Notes under the pieces: model-generated | The model's database searches: none | The model's input: only the letters and a program-made list of their open reading frames with translations | Told to the model about the DNA's origin: nothing | Assembly (NCBI GenBank): GCA_035528795.1 | Contig: DATKXY010000046.1 | Span: forward strand, 2,499 to 66,498 | DNA from: an archaeon | Lineage (GTDB): Bacteria; Gemmatimonadota; Glassbacteria; GWA2-58-10 | DNA: 64,000 nt | Direction: 5' to 3' | Part shown: piece after piece, positions 1 through 9,564 of the stretch | How positions within the stretch are numbered: the first letter of the stretch is position 1 | How the letters are laid out: every line of letters begins with the position of its first letter | Position numbers and translations under genes: made by a program

Positions 1-31
1 TTGCAACGCCGAATCCGACCGCGGTTTTCCC

Positions 32-1138
32 ATGGATGCATTCAATGAAATGGTCGACAAAATGCGGGAGGTTTACAGCCTTTATCATGCGGAAGATTCT
101 CTGCGCACCGCTGTAGTTCCGGGTGGACATGGGGACCACGCGATAATCCGGTTGCCGGTCTATTCCTTTTTCCTTAAGGAGTTCCTGGGGATCGACACGT
201 CTTTCACCCAGGAAGGCCCGGTTGATACTTTGCCGTCCGGTGAGCTGGCCTGCTGGCAGGAGGGATTTCCGCTCGATGAGCGGCTGACCAGGATCGATGA
301 GGAGTTGATACCGGCTTATCCCTTTTCCTTGGAACAAATATCCGGACAATCCAGGGAAAGCAGGATAAAGGAATTGACCAGGCAGTTAGGCAGTGAGGTG
401 TTCCGTTATTTCCCGAGTGAAGATTCTCCATTCGAGCCTGATTGGAGGGAGGAGAGAGTCCTGCAAGGCCGGACTGTCAGAAAAGTAAGCTTTATTTCTT
501 TTGAAGACATGCGTGTACGGGGTATTTATTCTATTCCCGAAGGTTTGAAGCCAGAAATTCGGCTGCCAGCAGTCCTGGTCATCGATCATCGCAGGGGGAT
601 TCCGGTCTGGGGCAACGAACAGCCTCTGGAGGGCTGCCGCTGGGGTGAGCGCGTCGTGCTGCTAGTCGAGACTCTTGACCGTGGCAGCCGCGCCCTGGAG
701 GAAAACCTCAGGAGTTTCAGGGACGATGACCCGCTGCACCACATGAAGCGTCAGGCTATGGTGTCCGGTACCACGATCGAATCCATGCAGCTCTACGAGG
801 TCCTCCGCTCGGTGGAATTCCTGAAGACCCTGCCGGAGGTCGACCCGGCCAGAATCACTATTGTCGGCAAAGGTGAAAGCGGAATTAACGGCCTGTACAC
901 AGCGCTGCTGGACAGAACGGTGGAAAAGGTCATTCTCTGTTCACCTCCGGCCTCACACCGTCAGGGACCCTGTTATCTGAATATACTGAGATTTACGGAC
1001 ATCCCCGAGGTGGTCCTGCTGATGAAAGACAGGGTCGGTGTTTATGGAGAAATCCCCTTGGACCTTCGATTATTATTAGCAAAGAAGGGTCTGGACAAGA
1101 CAGTTATTGCCCAATCACTGAAGGACTTTTTTCGCTAG
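32..1138 (+). CDS. alpha/beta hydrolase fold protein (esterase/peptidase S9-like); may extend upstream of window
   Basis: 368-aa ORF; GxSxG nucleophile elbow GESG (VGKGESGINGLY); no further motif resolved. Confidence 0.45.
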   Translation: MDAFNEMVDKMREVYSLYHAEDSLRTAVVPGGHGDHAIIRLPVYSFFLKEFLGIDTSFTQEGPVDTLPSGELACWQEGFPLDERLTRIDEELIPAYPFSLEQISGQSRESRIKELTRQLGSEVFRYFPSEDSPFEPDWREERVLQGRTVRKVSFISFEDMRVRGIYSIPEGLKPEIRLPAVLVIDHRRGIPVWGNEQPLEGCRWGERVVLLVETLDRGSRALEENLRSFRDDDPLHHMKRQAMVSGTTIESMQLYEVLRSVEFLKTLPEVDPARITIVGKGESGINGLYTALLDRTVEKVILCSPPASHRQGPCYLNILRFTDIPEVVLLMKDRVGVYGEIPLDLRLLLAKKGLDKTVIAQSLKDFFR

Positions 1139-1258
1139 GATGCTAAAACCGCGCAAAGTTTCTATTGTTTTAGCTGCGCACACCCCCGAGCGCGGATATG
1201 TTTGTTTACTGGATAAAAGAGAGAAAAAAAATGAGGGTAGAAAACGCGCCCTTTGAGC

Positions 1259-1621
1259 CTAATGTTTTATCAGCCTGGGGCCGCGCACATCACGGAGGGG
1301 GATGGCAAACAGGATCCCATTGCCTGGGTCCTCGAGGCTGCCGCAGATATCCTCGATAAGCTCGGCTGCCTGGTCATAGGTCCCCTTGTCCGGCAGTACC
1401 GAGAAGATAGTCTTGTTATGCGGCCTGCCGCCGGAAAGCATGCCTCGCAAGCCGGCAAAAATAGGGATATCATAGGCGAGAATCCGACCCATACCCATGC
1501 TGTCAATTATAGTGGCACCGGCGATACCGATTTCCAGAAAACCAGAAAGAATCTCCTCCAGCTCCTCTTCCCGGTTGAGTACAAAAACCATTAATAGAGG
1601 CTCAGCCTTTGTGTTTCCCAT
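1259..1621 (-). CDS. PII-like signalling protein, DUF190/COG1993 family
   Basis: 120 aa; GIAGATIIDSMGMGR matches the DUF190 GIaGaTV..GfG signature; overlaps upstream EIIA gene by 20 nt (operon). Confidence 0.5.
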   Translation of the reverse strand: MGNTKAEPLLMVFVLNREEELEEILSGFLEIGIAGATIIDSMGMGRILAYDIPIFAGLRGMLSGGRPHNKTIFSVLPDKGTYDQAAELIEDICGSLEDPGNGILFAIPLRDVRGPRLIKH

Positions 1622-2069
1622 CTTCTTCAGCTAATATGTTAAGGATATCCTCGGCGCTTTCCGCCTGCTTGATTGACTCGATAAAGTTGGTATGCTGGAT
1701 GAGGCGACTGATGCGGGCCAGGGTTTTCAGGTGATTTTCACTTGCTTTGGGAGGGCCAACAAGAAGGAAAACGAAGTAGACCGGGGACCGGTCAAGAGAA
1801 TCAAAATCCGTGCCGTTGGGAATTCGGCCTAGAGCAATTGTCTGCTGCTTGACCTCCGGGCTAACCGCGTGCGGCACGGCAATTCCCCTGCCGATACCTG
1901 TAGTCATGATTTTTTCACGCTCGAGCAGCTTCTTCAAAAGCGGGGCGGGATCGGTTATCTTGCCGCTTTTGTAGAGCATCTCGACCATCCGCGCAAGAAG
2001 CTCATTTTTATCCTTGACTTCGAGTGAAGGCGCAACTGTATCAGGCGAAACAAAATCCATCAATTTCAT
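1602..2069 (-). CDS. ptsN: PTS EIIA-Ntr / fructose-type EIIA domain protein (PtsN-like)
   Basis: 155 aa; PTS_EIIA_2 fold with conserved phospho-His context GIGRGIAVPHA. Confidence 0.7.
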   Translation of the reverse strand: MKLMDFVSPDTVAPSLEVKDKNELLARMVEMLYKSGKITDPAPLLKKLLEREKIMTTGIGRGIAVPHAVSPEVKQQTIALGRIPNGTDFDSLDRSPVYFVFLLVGPPKASENHLKTLARISRLIQHTNFIESIKQAESAEDILNILAEEDGKHKG

Positions 2070-2112
2070 AGCCAGATATTCCTGTCTTTGTCTCCAGCGG
2101 CTCCCTTTGTTC

Positions 2113-3480
2113 TCAAGACCACATTCCCCAGTCCACCTCGACTGATTTCCACTTCACGATGGTCGCGAAAAGTTCTTTTTGCACTGTGGCCAAATCAGCA
2201 GGCAGCTCGAGCGGCTGGTTGGCATAACGTGAGTCGACCTCGGCAAGCTTACAGGTGTGGTAATCGGTTTTGAAGCCTGAAAATTTAAGCCCGTGGGCCG
2301 TCGAGATCACGATCACCTGGTCTGTGGGCTTGATAATCCCGCGCCTTAGAAGCTTTAAGGTTACGGCCAGCGCCACTCCGGTATGGGGACAGTTGAACAG
2401 CCCTGTCATATCTGCCAGCGCCGCCGCATTGGAAAGTTCATTCTCAGTGGCCTGCTCCACTATCCCGTTAAAGCGCTTGAGCGTGTCGATCGCCTTGTTG
2501 ATCGAGACGGGATTTCCGATCTGGATAGCGCTGGCCAGGGTTTTGCCCGCTTTTACCGGCTCGAACTTTTTGAAACCGGTCTTGTAACTCAGGTACAGGG
2601 GATTAGCCTTGGCGCTCTGTGCGCAGACTATGCGCGGCAGTTTTTTGATTAGACCCAGCTCGTACATCATCATAAAACCCTTGCCCAGAGCGCTCACATT
2701 GCCCAGGTTGCCGCCCGGAATGACCACCACATCTGGCACTTTCCATTCAAACTGCTGCACTATCTCGATAGACACTGTCTTCTGGCCCTCGATCCGCAGG
2801 CTGTTCATCGAGTTGGCCAGATAGATTCTTTTATCTTTGGTGATTTCCCTGACCACTGCCATACAGCCGTCGAAATCGGTATCCAGGCAGAGGGTGATAG
2901 CGCCGTTGGAAAGCGGCTGAACCAGTTGGGCGGTGGAGATTTTCCCTTTGGGAAGGAACACTACCGAGGGAATGCCTGCACAGGCGCAGTAAGCGGCCAG
3001 CGCCGCCGAGGTGTCCCCGGTCGAGGCGCAAGCCACAGCCTGGATATCGGCTCCATCGGCGATCATCTGCTTGACCATGGAGACAAGGACAGTCATGCCA
3101 AGGTCCTTGAAACTGCCGGAATGGCTGTTCCCACAGAGCTTGATCCACAAATCCTCGCAGCCGATCATCTTGCCCAGACGCTCGGCCCAGAAAAGGTTAG
3201 TCCCTCCCTCATACATGGAGACCACGTTATTGTCAGCCACAGCCGGACAGACCCACTCCTTTTTGCCCCAGATTGCGCTGCCGTAAGGCCAGTCGGCAGT
3301 CTTATAACGTCTATCAAAAAGATTTTTCCACCAATTGGGAGCATGCTGACGCAAAGCTTCGAGGTCATGGGCCACCTCGAGCAGGCTTCCGCACTTTGCG
3401 CAGCAATAGATTATCTCGCGGATAGCATAGGTAGCGCCGCATTCCGGGTTAATGCAGCGAAAGAAGCAAGTGTAGCTCAT
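2113..3480 (-). CDS. thrC: threonine synthase (long form with N-terminal zinc ribbon)
   Basis: N-terminal [18 protein letters not shown] Cys4 ribbon; PLP-enzyme core ([16 protein letters not shown]); ATG at 3478-3480 preferred over the longer ORF-track start at 3543. Confidence 0.85.
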   Translation of the reverse strand: MSYTCFFRCINPECGATYAIREIIYCCAKCGSLLEVAHDLEALRQHAPNWWKNLFDRRYKTADWPYGSAIWGKKEWVCPAVADNNVVSMYEGGTNLFWAERLGKMIGCEDLWIKLCGNSHSGSFKDLGMTVLVSMVKQMIADGADIQAVACASTGDTSAALAAYCACAGIPSVVFLPKGKISTAQLVQPLSNGAITLCLDTDFDGCMAVVREITKDKRIYLANSMNSLRIEGQKTVSIEIVQQFEWKVPDVVVIPGGNLGNVSALGKGFMMMYELGLIKKLPRIVCAQSAKANPLYLSYKTGFKKFEPVKAGKTLASAIQIGNPVSINKAIDTLKRFNGIVEQATENELSNAAALADMTGLFNCPHTGVALAVTLKLLRRGIIKPTDQVIVISTAHGLKFSGFKTDYHTCKLAEVDSRYANQPLELPADLATVQKELFATIVKWKSVEVDWGMWS

Positions 3481-3605
3481 GGTGAAATTTGCTCTCCGGA
3501 TTGTGTTCACCCCAAAAGCTTTCCGCCCTCGATGGCATTGCACAATTTATCGGGTAGGGATATTTTAAAGCTACAGTCAAGAACTCAGCCAGTCAATAGA
3601 AACCT

Positions 3606-4151
3606 TTATCTGATGACAGTCAGGATGGCATAAATCAGACAAGCGAGGAGGAACAAGTTAAAATACAGGAAGTACCAGTGATGGGCGCTCAACCGGGGGG
3701 AGTCCCGGAGTTCAGGCTCCAGGCGGGGCGTTTTGACGTTAGTTCTGGGTAAGGGAACTGATTTAGAAAATATTTCCTCAAGGTTTTCCACGATTTCCTG
3801 GGCTACTTCCGGGTCGGTGCGCTCGATCATTTCCAGAGCCATGCGCCTTCTTCTCACAATGTTCTGCAGACGCTTGTTGCGTTCGCGCTCATCCGCTTCC
3901 CGGATCGATAAAGCGCCGCCGTAATGTTTTACTGAGGAATGGTCGTAGAAACATTTCAATATCTCGAGCCGCTCGATCAACATCTGGCGCTTTTGGATAT
4001 TATCGACCCGGTTCTTGATGGTTTTCTCGCAGACCTCGGTAAATTTTCTGAGGCGCCACTCGATCTGTTCGTCATTCAGATTTCGCAGGCGGGTCTCCTC
4101 GATAAGATCGTCCACGGCTGCTTTTATCTGGTTCATAGACTCAAACACCAC
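3606..4151 (-). CDS. hypothetical protein with C-terminal transmembrane anchor
   Basis: 181-aa ORF, coiled-coil-like charged N-part, hydrophobic C-terminus (WYFLYFNLFLLACLIYAILTVI); no recognised family. Confidence 0.4.
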   Translation of the reverse strand: MVFESMNQIKAAVDDLIEETRLRNLNDEQIEWRLRKFTEVCEKTIKNRVDNIQKRQMLIERLEILKCFYDHSSVKHYGGALSIREADERERNKRLQNIVRRRRMALEMIERTDPEVAQEIVENLEEIFSKSVPLPRTNVKTPRLEPELRDSPRLSAHHWYFLYFNLFLLACLIYAILTVIR

Positions 4152-4270
4152 CCTGTGCAGGTGAAAAGAAGGTTGAAATACCGCGTAATTAAGGGTTAAC
4201 TAAATTATAGCCGGCCATTTGAGTGCTGTCAAGAACCATCCTTTTCAGCCCGGCCAATGATCGAGATTAC

Positions 4271-4299
4271 TTGACAGGAGCTCTTTAAACTAGTTAAAT
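4271..4299 (+). promoter_or_regulatory. sigma70-like promoter TTGACA-N17-TTAAAT upstream of GH57 gene
   Basis: TTGACA at 4271-4276, TTAAAT at 4294-4299; AAGGAG SD at 4323-4328 before ATG 4341. Confidence 0.35.
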
Positions 4300-4340
4300 A
4301 AAGTACGTCTGCGATACTATTGCACAAGGAGAACCCTTAA

Positions 4341-6485
4341 ATGGCCAAAAAAATTCGTTTCGTCCTGGGATTACACTCCCACCAGCCGGTCGGAAACTTC
4401 GATCATGTTTTCGAGCACGCTTACAAGGTAAGCTATCTTCCCTTTCTGGAAACCCTGGCGCGTTTTCCCCAGGTAAAAATCGCACTGCACTATAGTGGGC
4501 CCCTCCTGGAATGGTTATCGGAGCGAAAGCCTGATTTCTTTAATCTTGTGAATGATCTAAAACAGAGGGGACAGATCGAGATTATGGGCGGTGGGCACTA
4601 CGAGCCTGTTCTCACAGCTATTCCATGGGAAGACAGCCTGGGACAACTGCGCTATGCGAGCTGGTATCTGAAAAAACATTTTAGTGCCCGAGTGCGCGGC
4701 GCCTGGCTTACCGAGCGAATCTGGGAGCCTCATTTGCCCAAGCTTCTGGCTGAGGCGGGACTGGAGTATGTCACTGTGGATGACTTTCACTTCCGCTCGG
4801 CCGGCTTCGAGGTGGAGAAACTTCACGGTTATTATTTGAGCGAGGATCAGGGCGCGGCAATCAAAATTTTCCCGATCAGCCAGCGCCTGCGGTATCTTGT
4901 TCCCTTCGGTCAGGTAGATCAGGTGATCGCTTTTTTCCACCAGAAAGCCGAAATCCTGCCCGAGGGATCCGTGATTGTACTTGCCGATGACGGTGAAAAA
5001 TTCGGTATGTGGCCCGGCACACATAACTGGGTATACACCGAGGGCTGGCTTGAGAAGTTCCTAGGCGCCCTTGTGGCAAATAAAGACTGGCTTGAGACAG
5101 TTACTTTCTCGGAAGCGCTCGAGAGCTCTCCGGCGAGCGGCAGGGTTTATCTGCCCTCGACAAGCTATTTCGAGATGGGGGGCTGGGCCCTGCCGGCAGA
5201 GGCGGGAGAACGTTTTCACAAACTACAGACCGGCCTCGAGCATGAAGGCCGGCTGGCCGAGTTCGCCGACTTTCTTCACGGCAGTATCTGGCGCAACTTT
5301 CTAGTCAAGTATCCGGAAGCGAACTGGATGCAGAAAAGAATGTGCTGGACAAGCCGCTTAGTGCATAAGTCTCTTGACGGCCGCAAGTTAAGCTTTTCCC
5401 GTCTTCCCGCTAACCTCCGCCAGCTCTGGATGGGCCAATGCAACTGCGCCTACTGGCACGGTATTTTCGGCGGCCTTTACCTCCCCCACCTCAGACGGGC
5501 GATCTATGAATGCCTGATCCGGGCTGAAACTTTGAGCCGGGCGCGCAGCCGAGCTGTGCCCGAGGCTGAAGAAGCGGATATCGACCTTGATGGTTTCAAT
5601 GAAATAAGACTCGCCAATCAACAGGTCAACATTTTTATCAAGCCCTCTTGCGGAGGGTCGATCGTGGAGCTCGATGACCGCTATCACGCTTTCAACCTTA
5701 CAGATACGCTGGCCCGCCGCCGTGAAGCGTATCATTACCAGATGGAAGCAGGCCCGGTGGAGGGGGGAGAAAAAAGCGGTCATTCAACAATCCACGACCG
5801 GCAGTTCAGCCAGAGGGTGCCGACCGGGGACCTTATCACAGACCCTTACCCCCGCGGGATGCTGAGGGAACACTTTTTCCCAAGACTCCCACAGGATCAC
5901 TGGGAAGCCTCCCGCAACGCGCTGCCCGATTGTGGAGATTTCGCGGATGGCCACTGGCAATGGCGTCTGAACCGCAAAGACCGCCGCCGGATTGTGCTTT
6001 CTCTGTCCCGAGAGGGGGAGGTCCGGCTGCCTTCATGCCCGCCGGCGAGGCTTGCGCTCACCAAAAGGCTCTCTCTTTCGAGCGGATCAGGCGAGATCGA
6101 GGTCGCCTATCGGATAAAAAACCTCTCTGAGCAGACTCTCGACGCATTTATAGGCGTATCTTTCAATTTTACCGTGCTCGGCCCCAAGGACCCGCAGGTG
6201 GGGCTTGTTTTCCCTGACGGGAGGAGAGAAAGTCTGGCCTCAGGCGCTGTTTTACCTCCCATGACAGCGATCACCGTGTTTAACAGGCGCGAGAAGGTCG
6301 ACTTGAGCTTCGTCTTCTCCACTATGCCGGCCATATTAGTCCAGTACCCGGTGGAAACGATCAGCCAGTCCGAAAGCGGTATCGATCGCACCTATCAGGC
6401 AAGCTGCCTTCTCCCTGTCTGGCCGGTCAAGCTTAAAAGCTATGGCGCCAAAGCTCTAAAACTCACTTTTTCAATCACTTATTGA
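4341..6485 (+). CDS. glycoside hydrolase family 57 enzyme (4-alpha-glucanotransferase / alpha-amylase type)
   Basis: GH57 conserved regions: LHSHQP, GQIEIMGGGHYEP, WLTERIWEP (nucleophile Glu), DDGEKFG (acid/base Asp); 714 aa. Confidence 0.85.
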   Translation: MAKKIRFVLGLHSHQPVGNFDHVFEHAYKVSYLPFLETLARFPQVKIALHYSGPLLEWLSERKPDFFNLVNDLKQRGQIEIMGGGHYEPVLTAIPWEDSLGQLRYASWYLKKHFSARVRGAWLTERIWEPHLPKLLAEAGLEYVTVDDFHFRSAGFEVEKLHGYYLSEDQGAAIKIFPISQRLRYLVPFGQVDQVIAFFHQKAEILPEGSVIVLADDGEKFGMWPGTHNWVYTEGWLEKFLGALVANKDWLETVTFSEALESSPASGRVYLPSTSYFEMGGWALPAEAGERFHKLQTGLEHEGRLAEFADFLHGSIWRNFLVKYPEANWMQKRMCWTSRLVHKSLDGRKLSFSRLPANLRQLWMGQCNCAYWHGIFGGLYLPHLRRAIYECLIRAETLSRARSRAVPEAEEADIDLDGFNEIRLANQQVNIFIKPSCGGSIVELDDRYHAFNLTDTLARRREAYHYQMEAGPVEGGEKSGHSTIHDRQFSQRVPTGDLITDPYPRGMLREHFFPRLPQDHWEASRNALPDCGDFADGHWQWRLNRKDRRRIVLSLSREGEVRLPSCPPARLALTKRLSLSSGSGEIEVAYRIKNLSEQTLDAFIGVSFNFTVLGPKDPQVGLVFPDGRRESLASGAVLPPMTAITVFNRREKVDLSFVFSTMPAILVQYPVETISQSESGIDRTYQASCLLPVWPVKLKSYGAKALKLTFSITY

Positions 6486-6518
6486 TTAACACAAACCATT
6501 TAACCGATCAACTTAACA

Positions 6519-6548
6519 TTGACACTTACCCCTGATACTACTTAAAAT
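6519..6548 (+). promoter_or_regulatory. sigma70-like promoter TTGACA-N18-TAAAAT upstream of galT-like gene
   Basis: TTGACA 6519-6524, TAAAAT 6543-6548; same architecture as the promoter at 4271. Confidence 0.35.
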
Positions 6549-6638
6549 TATATTGGATACTTTTTCAGCGGCCTTTCCTGTCTGCCGCCTTTTTCAAACT
6601 GCCCGCGTGGCGGATCACACCAGAAAACGAGCGCACAG

Positions 6639-7664
6639 ATGACTGAGTTCAGACACGACCCGGTACATAGAAGATGGGTCATTGTACCACTAGACCGCAG
6701 ACGCGGTCCGGAAGATTTCGATGTTCCGATAAGAGTCCCGGACGAAGGGTTTTGCCCTTTTTGTGAGGGACAGGAGGCAAAAACTCCTCCCGAAATCTAT
6801 GCAGTGCGCCAGGGCAATCCCGACCGTCCAGGATGGAAAGTTCGAGTTTTTCCAAACAAATACCCGGCCATCTCCGGCGGCCCGGGTCCGGTAGAAAGAT
6901 GCGCTTACGGACTTTACGACTGGATCAATGGTGTAGGTTCCCACGAAATAGTGGTAGACCATCCCCAGCACCACATACTGTTCCACCAGATGGGCTCTGA
7001 CCACCTGGCATTCCTGGTTGATACTTACCGCAAACGCCTTGTAGAGCTGATGAAAGATCCGCGCTTTCGCTACATTATGGTTTTTAAAAACCACGGAACA
7101 AAAGCCGGCGCTTCGTTGAGCCATCAGCACACCCAGATAATAGCCATGCCGGTGATCCCACGCATTGCGGCAATGGCTCTGTCTACAGCCAGGGAACATT
7201 TCCATCACAAGGAACGCTGTCTATTCTGCGACATTCTGGTCCAGGAACTTTCCGATGGCCGCCGCATAGTGGCCCAGAACGAACATTTTGTCTGTTTTGT
7301 GCCCTACGCCTCGCGGTTCCCATTCGAGATGGCGATCTTTCCTAAAGATCATTACCATGATTTCGCCACCATCAAAGATGAGCTCCTGACACCTCTGGCT
7401 GAGATTCTCACTCAAGCGATCGGCAGGCTGGCAGCTATTTTCGGCGACCCGCCGTTCAACATTACAATCCACACAGGACCCAATACTAATCAAAGCTCCA
7501 GACGCGCCAACTACTGGGGAACTCTCAGCCACGACTGGCACTGGAACATTGAAATCATTCCCCGCCTGACCGCCCCGGCGGGTTTCGAATGGGGAACCGG
7601 CCTGTATATCAACAACACGCCCCCTGAGGACGGGGCGCACTTTTTGCGCGAGGTAAAACTTTGA
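6639..7664 (+). CDS. galT: galactose-1-phosphate uridylyltransferase-type HIT enzyme (GalT-like nucleotidyl-hexose phosphate transferase/phosphorylase)
   Basis: N-terminal Zn site CPFCEG; HIT-type HxHxQ (SHQHTQIIAMP); 341 aa; embedded in glycogen genes. Confidence 0.75.
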   Translation: MTEFRHDPVHRRWVIVPLDRRRGPEDFDVPIRVPDEGFCPFCEGQEAKTPPEIYAVRQGNPDRPGWKVRVFPNKYPAISGGPGPVERCAYGLYDWINGVGSHEIVVDHPQHHILFHQMGSDHLAFLVDTYRKRLVELMKDPRFRYIMVFKNHGTKAGASLSHQHTQIIAMPVIPRIAAMALSTAREHFHHKERCLFCDILVQELSDGRRIVAQNEHFVCFVPYASRFPFEMAIFPKDHYHDFATIKDELLTPLAEILTQAIGRLAAIFGDPPFNITIHTGPNTNQSSRRANYWGTLSHDWHWNIEIIPRLTAPAGFEWGTGLYINNTPPEDGAHFLREVKL

Positions 7665-7842
7665 CTGTATTGTCCAGGTGGAAAAAATCGTTCTTGAACG
7701 CGGTTGTGTACTCTTTTAAAATCTTGACTGGCAAATGAGATAAGCGAAATCACTGTTCAGCGAAACGGCTTTTTCGCGGTTTGTCTTGTAAAATCTCCGG
7801 TTTGATAAGATCCGGTGTAAACACGATCCAAGGAGAGTTGAT

Positions 7843-9564
7843 TTGCTTAAAGGCTATTTTTCTTTCGTGCTGCACTCGCACCTGCCCTACGTTATCTCGC
7901 ACGGTCAGTGGCCCCATGGGATGGATTGGCTCAACGAGGCTGCAGCAGAGACTTACCTGCCGATGATCGAGATGTTCGAAAAGGTAGGCAATGGCGCTCA
8001 TGGCCGTATAGGAGTCACTATCGGAATCACCCCGATCCTGGCTGAACAATTGGCTGACAATCGCTTTAAAGATTCCTTTGTCCAATACCTGGAGAACAAA
8101 ATTGCCGCTGCGACTGAGAACCGCGTCGAGTTCGAGCGGGTGGGTGATGGGCATAAGGCGTATCTTGCAGGGCTCTGGCGGGATTATTATCAGGAGGTGA
8201 AAAACCGCTTCATCGATCGGCTGGGTGGAGACATAATCGGGACCTTGCGCAAACTTCAGGATGAAGAAAAAATTGAGATTATCACCAGTGCTGCGACTCA
8301 CGGCTACCTGCCTCTGCTGGCCCGGGATGAATGTATCAGAGCCCAGCTTGTTCAAGGAGTGGTGACCTATCGCCGTCATTTTGGCAGGGATCCTGTGGGC
8401 ACCTGGCTGCCGGAATGCGCCTACAGACCGTCCTATGACTGGGTGAGCCCCCTGGCCGATGAGGGGTATGGGCCAGTGAAACCCGTGCGGCGCAAGGGGA
8501 TCGAACAGCTTGTATCAGAAGCCGGTATCAAATACTTTATCATTGATTCGCACCTGCTTAAAGGCGGCAGAGCGATCGGGGTTTATATCGACCGTTTCGA
8601 GGCCTTACAAAGGCTCTGGAAGCAGTTCGAAGACTCTTACGAACCCCGTCCGGAAGACCAGGAGCGCACGCCTTATCTGCCCTATCTGGTAGGCGATATA
8701 AGCCATCATGATCCGGTGGCCTTTTTTACCCGGGACCCTAAAACAGGACTCCAGGTCTGGAGCGGGGAATGGGGGTATCCGGGGGATGGGTCGTATCTCG
8801 ATTTCCACAAGAAACATTTCCCCGGGGGGCACCGCTACTGGCGTGTGACCAGCGCCAAGGCCGACCTGGCGGATAAACTGGTGTACGAGCCGCACCGGAT
8901 TGAAGAGATACTTGAAAACCAGAGCTCGCATTTTGTTTCACTTATCGAAACAGTAATAAACGAGAACAGCGCCGACAAGCGTACCCCGTGCATGATCACC
9001 GCCCCTTACGACACGGAGCTTTTCGGGCATTGGTGGTTCGAGGGTCCCCGCTGGCTGGGCAAGGTTCTCACAAAACTGGCCGCCTCAGAACTCGCCGGCC
9101 CTTCCTCCTGCGGGCTCTTTCTCGAACAAGTAAAACCCCGCGCCGTGGTGAGCCTTCCGGAAGGAAGCTGGGGCGAGGGGGGGTTCCATTATATCTGGCT
9201 CAATGACTGGACCAAATGGACCTGGCGCCATGTGTACGAGGCCGAGGACAAGATGTGTGAGGTGGCGGGCAAGCTACACGAGAAGAGCAAAGAAGACCTC
9301 TATCGGGTGGCCTGCCAACTGGGTCGCGAGCTCTTGCTGCTTGAGAGCTCGGACTGGCAATTTCTGATCAGCACCTGGTCGGCGCGCGATTACGCCGAAG
9401 CCCGGGTCGCGCGGCACTGGGAAAATTTCAGCCGCCTTTATCAGATGTTCAATCACCTGTCATCGGAGGGCACAGCCCCCGAGGTCGACTGGCGTTTTCT
9501 CGAACTTTGCGAGGAGAACGATCGGATCTTTACTGATCTTAAACCCTCATTATGGCTACCGTAA
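7843..9564 (+). CDS. GH57-family 1,4-alpha-glucan branching enzyme
   Basis: FVLHSHLPYV, WLPECAY and DTELFGHWW motifs typical of GH57 branching enzymes; TTG start 7 nt after AGGAG (7831-7835). Confidence 0.8.
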   Translation: MLKGYFSFVLHSHLPYVISHGQWPHGMDWLNEAAAETYLPMIEMFEKVGNGAHGRIGVTIGITPILAEQLADNRFKDSFVQYLENKIAAATENRVEFERVGDGHKAYLAGLWRDYYQEVKNRFIDRLGGDIIGTLRKLQDEEKIEIITSAATHGYLPLLARDECIRAQLVQGVVTYRRHFGRDPVGTWLPECAYRPSYDWVSPLADEGYGPVKPVRRKGIEQLVSEAGIKYFIIDSHLLKGGRAIGVYIDRFEALQRLWKQFEDSYEPRPEDQERTPYLPYLVGDISHHDPVAFFTRDPKTGLQVWSGEWGYPGDGSYLDFHKKHFPGGHRYWRVTSAKADLADKLVYEPHRIEEILENQSSHFVSLIETVINENSADKRTPCMITAPYDTELFGHWWFEGPRWLGKVLTKLAASELAGPSSCGLFLEQVKPRAVVSLPEGSWGEGGFHYIWLNDWTKWTWRHVYEAEDKMCEVAGKLHEKSKEDLYRVACQLGRELLLLESSDWQFLISTWSARDYAEARVARHWENFSRLYQMFNHLSSEGTAPEVDWRFLELCEENDRIFTDLKPSLWLP

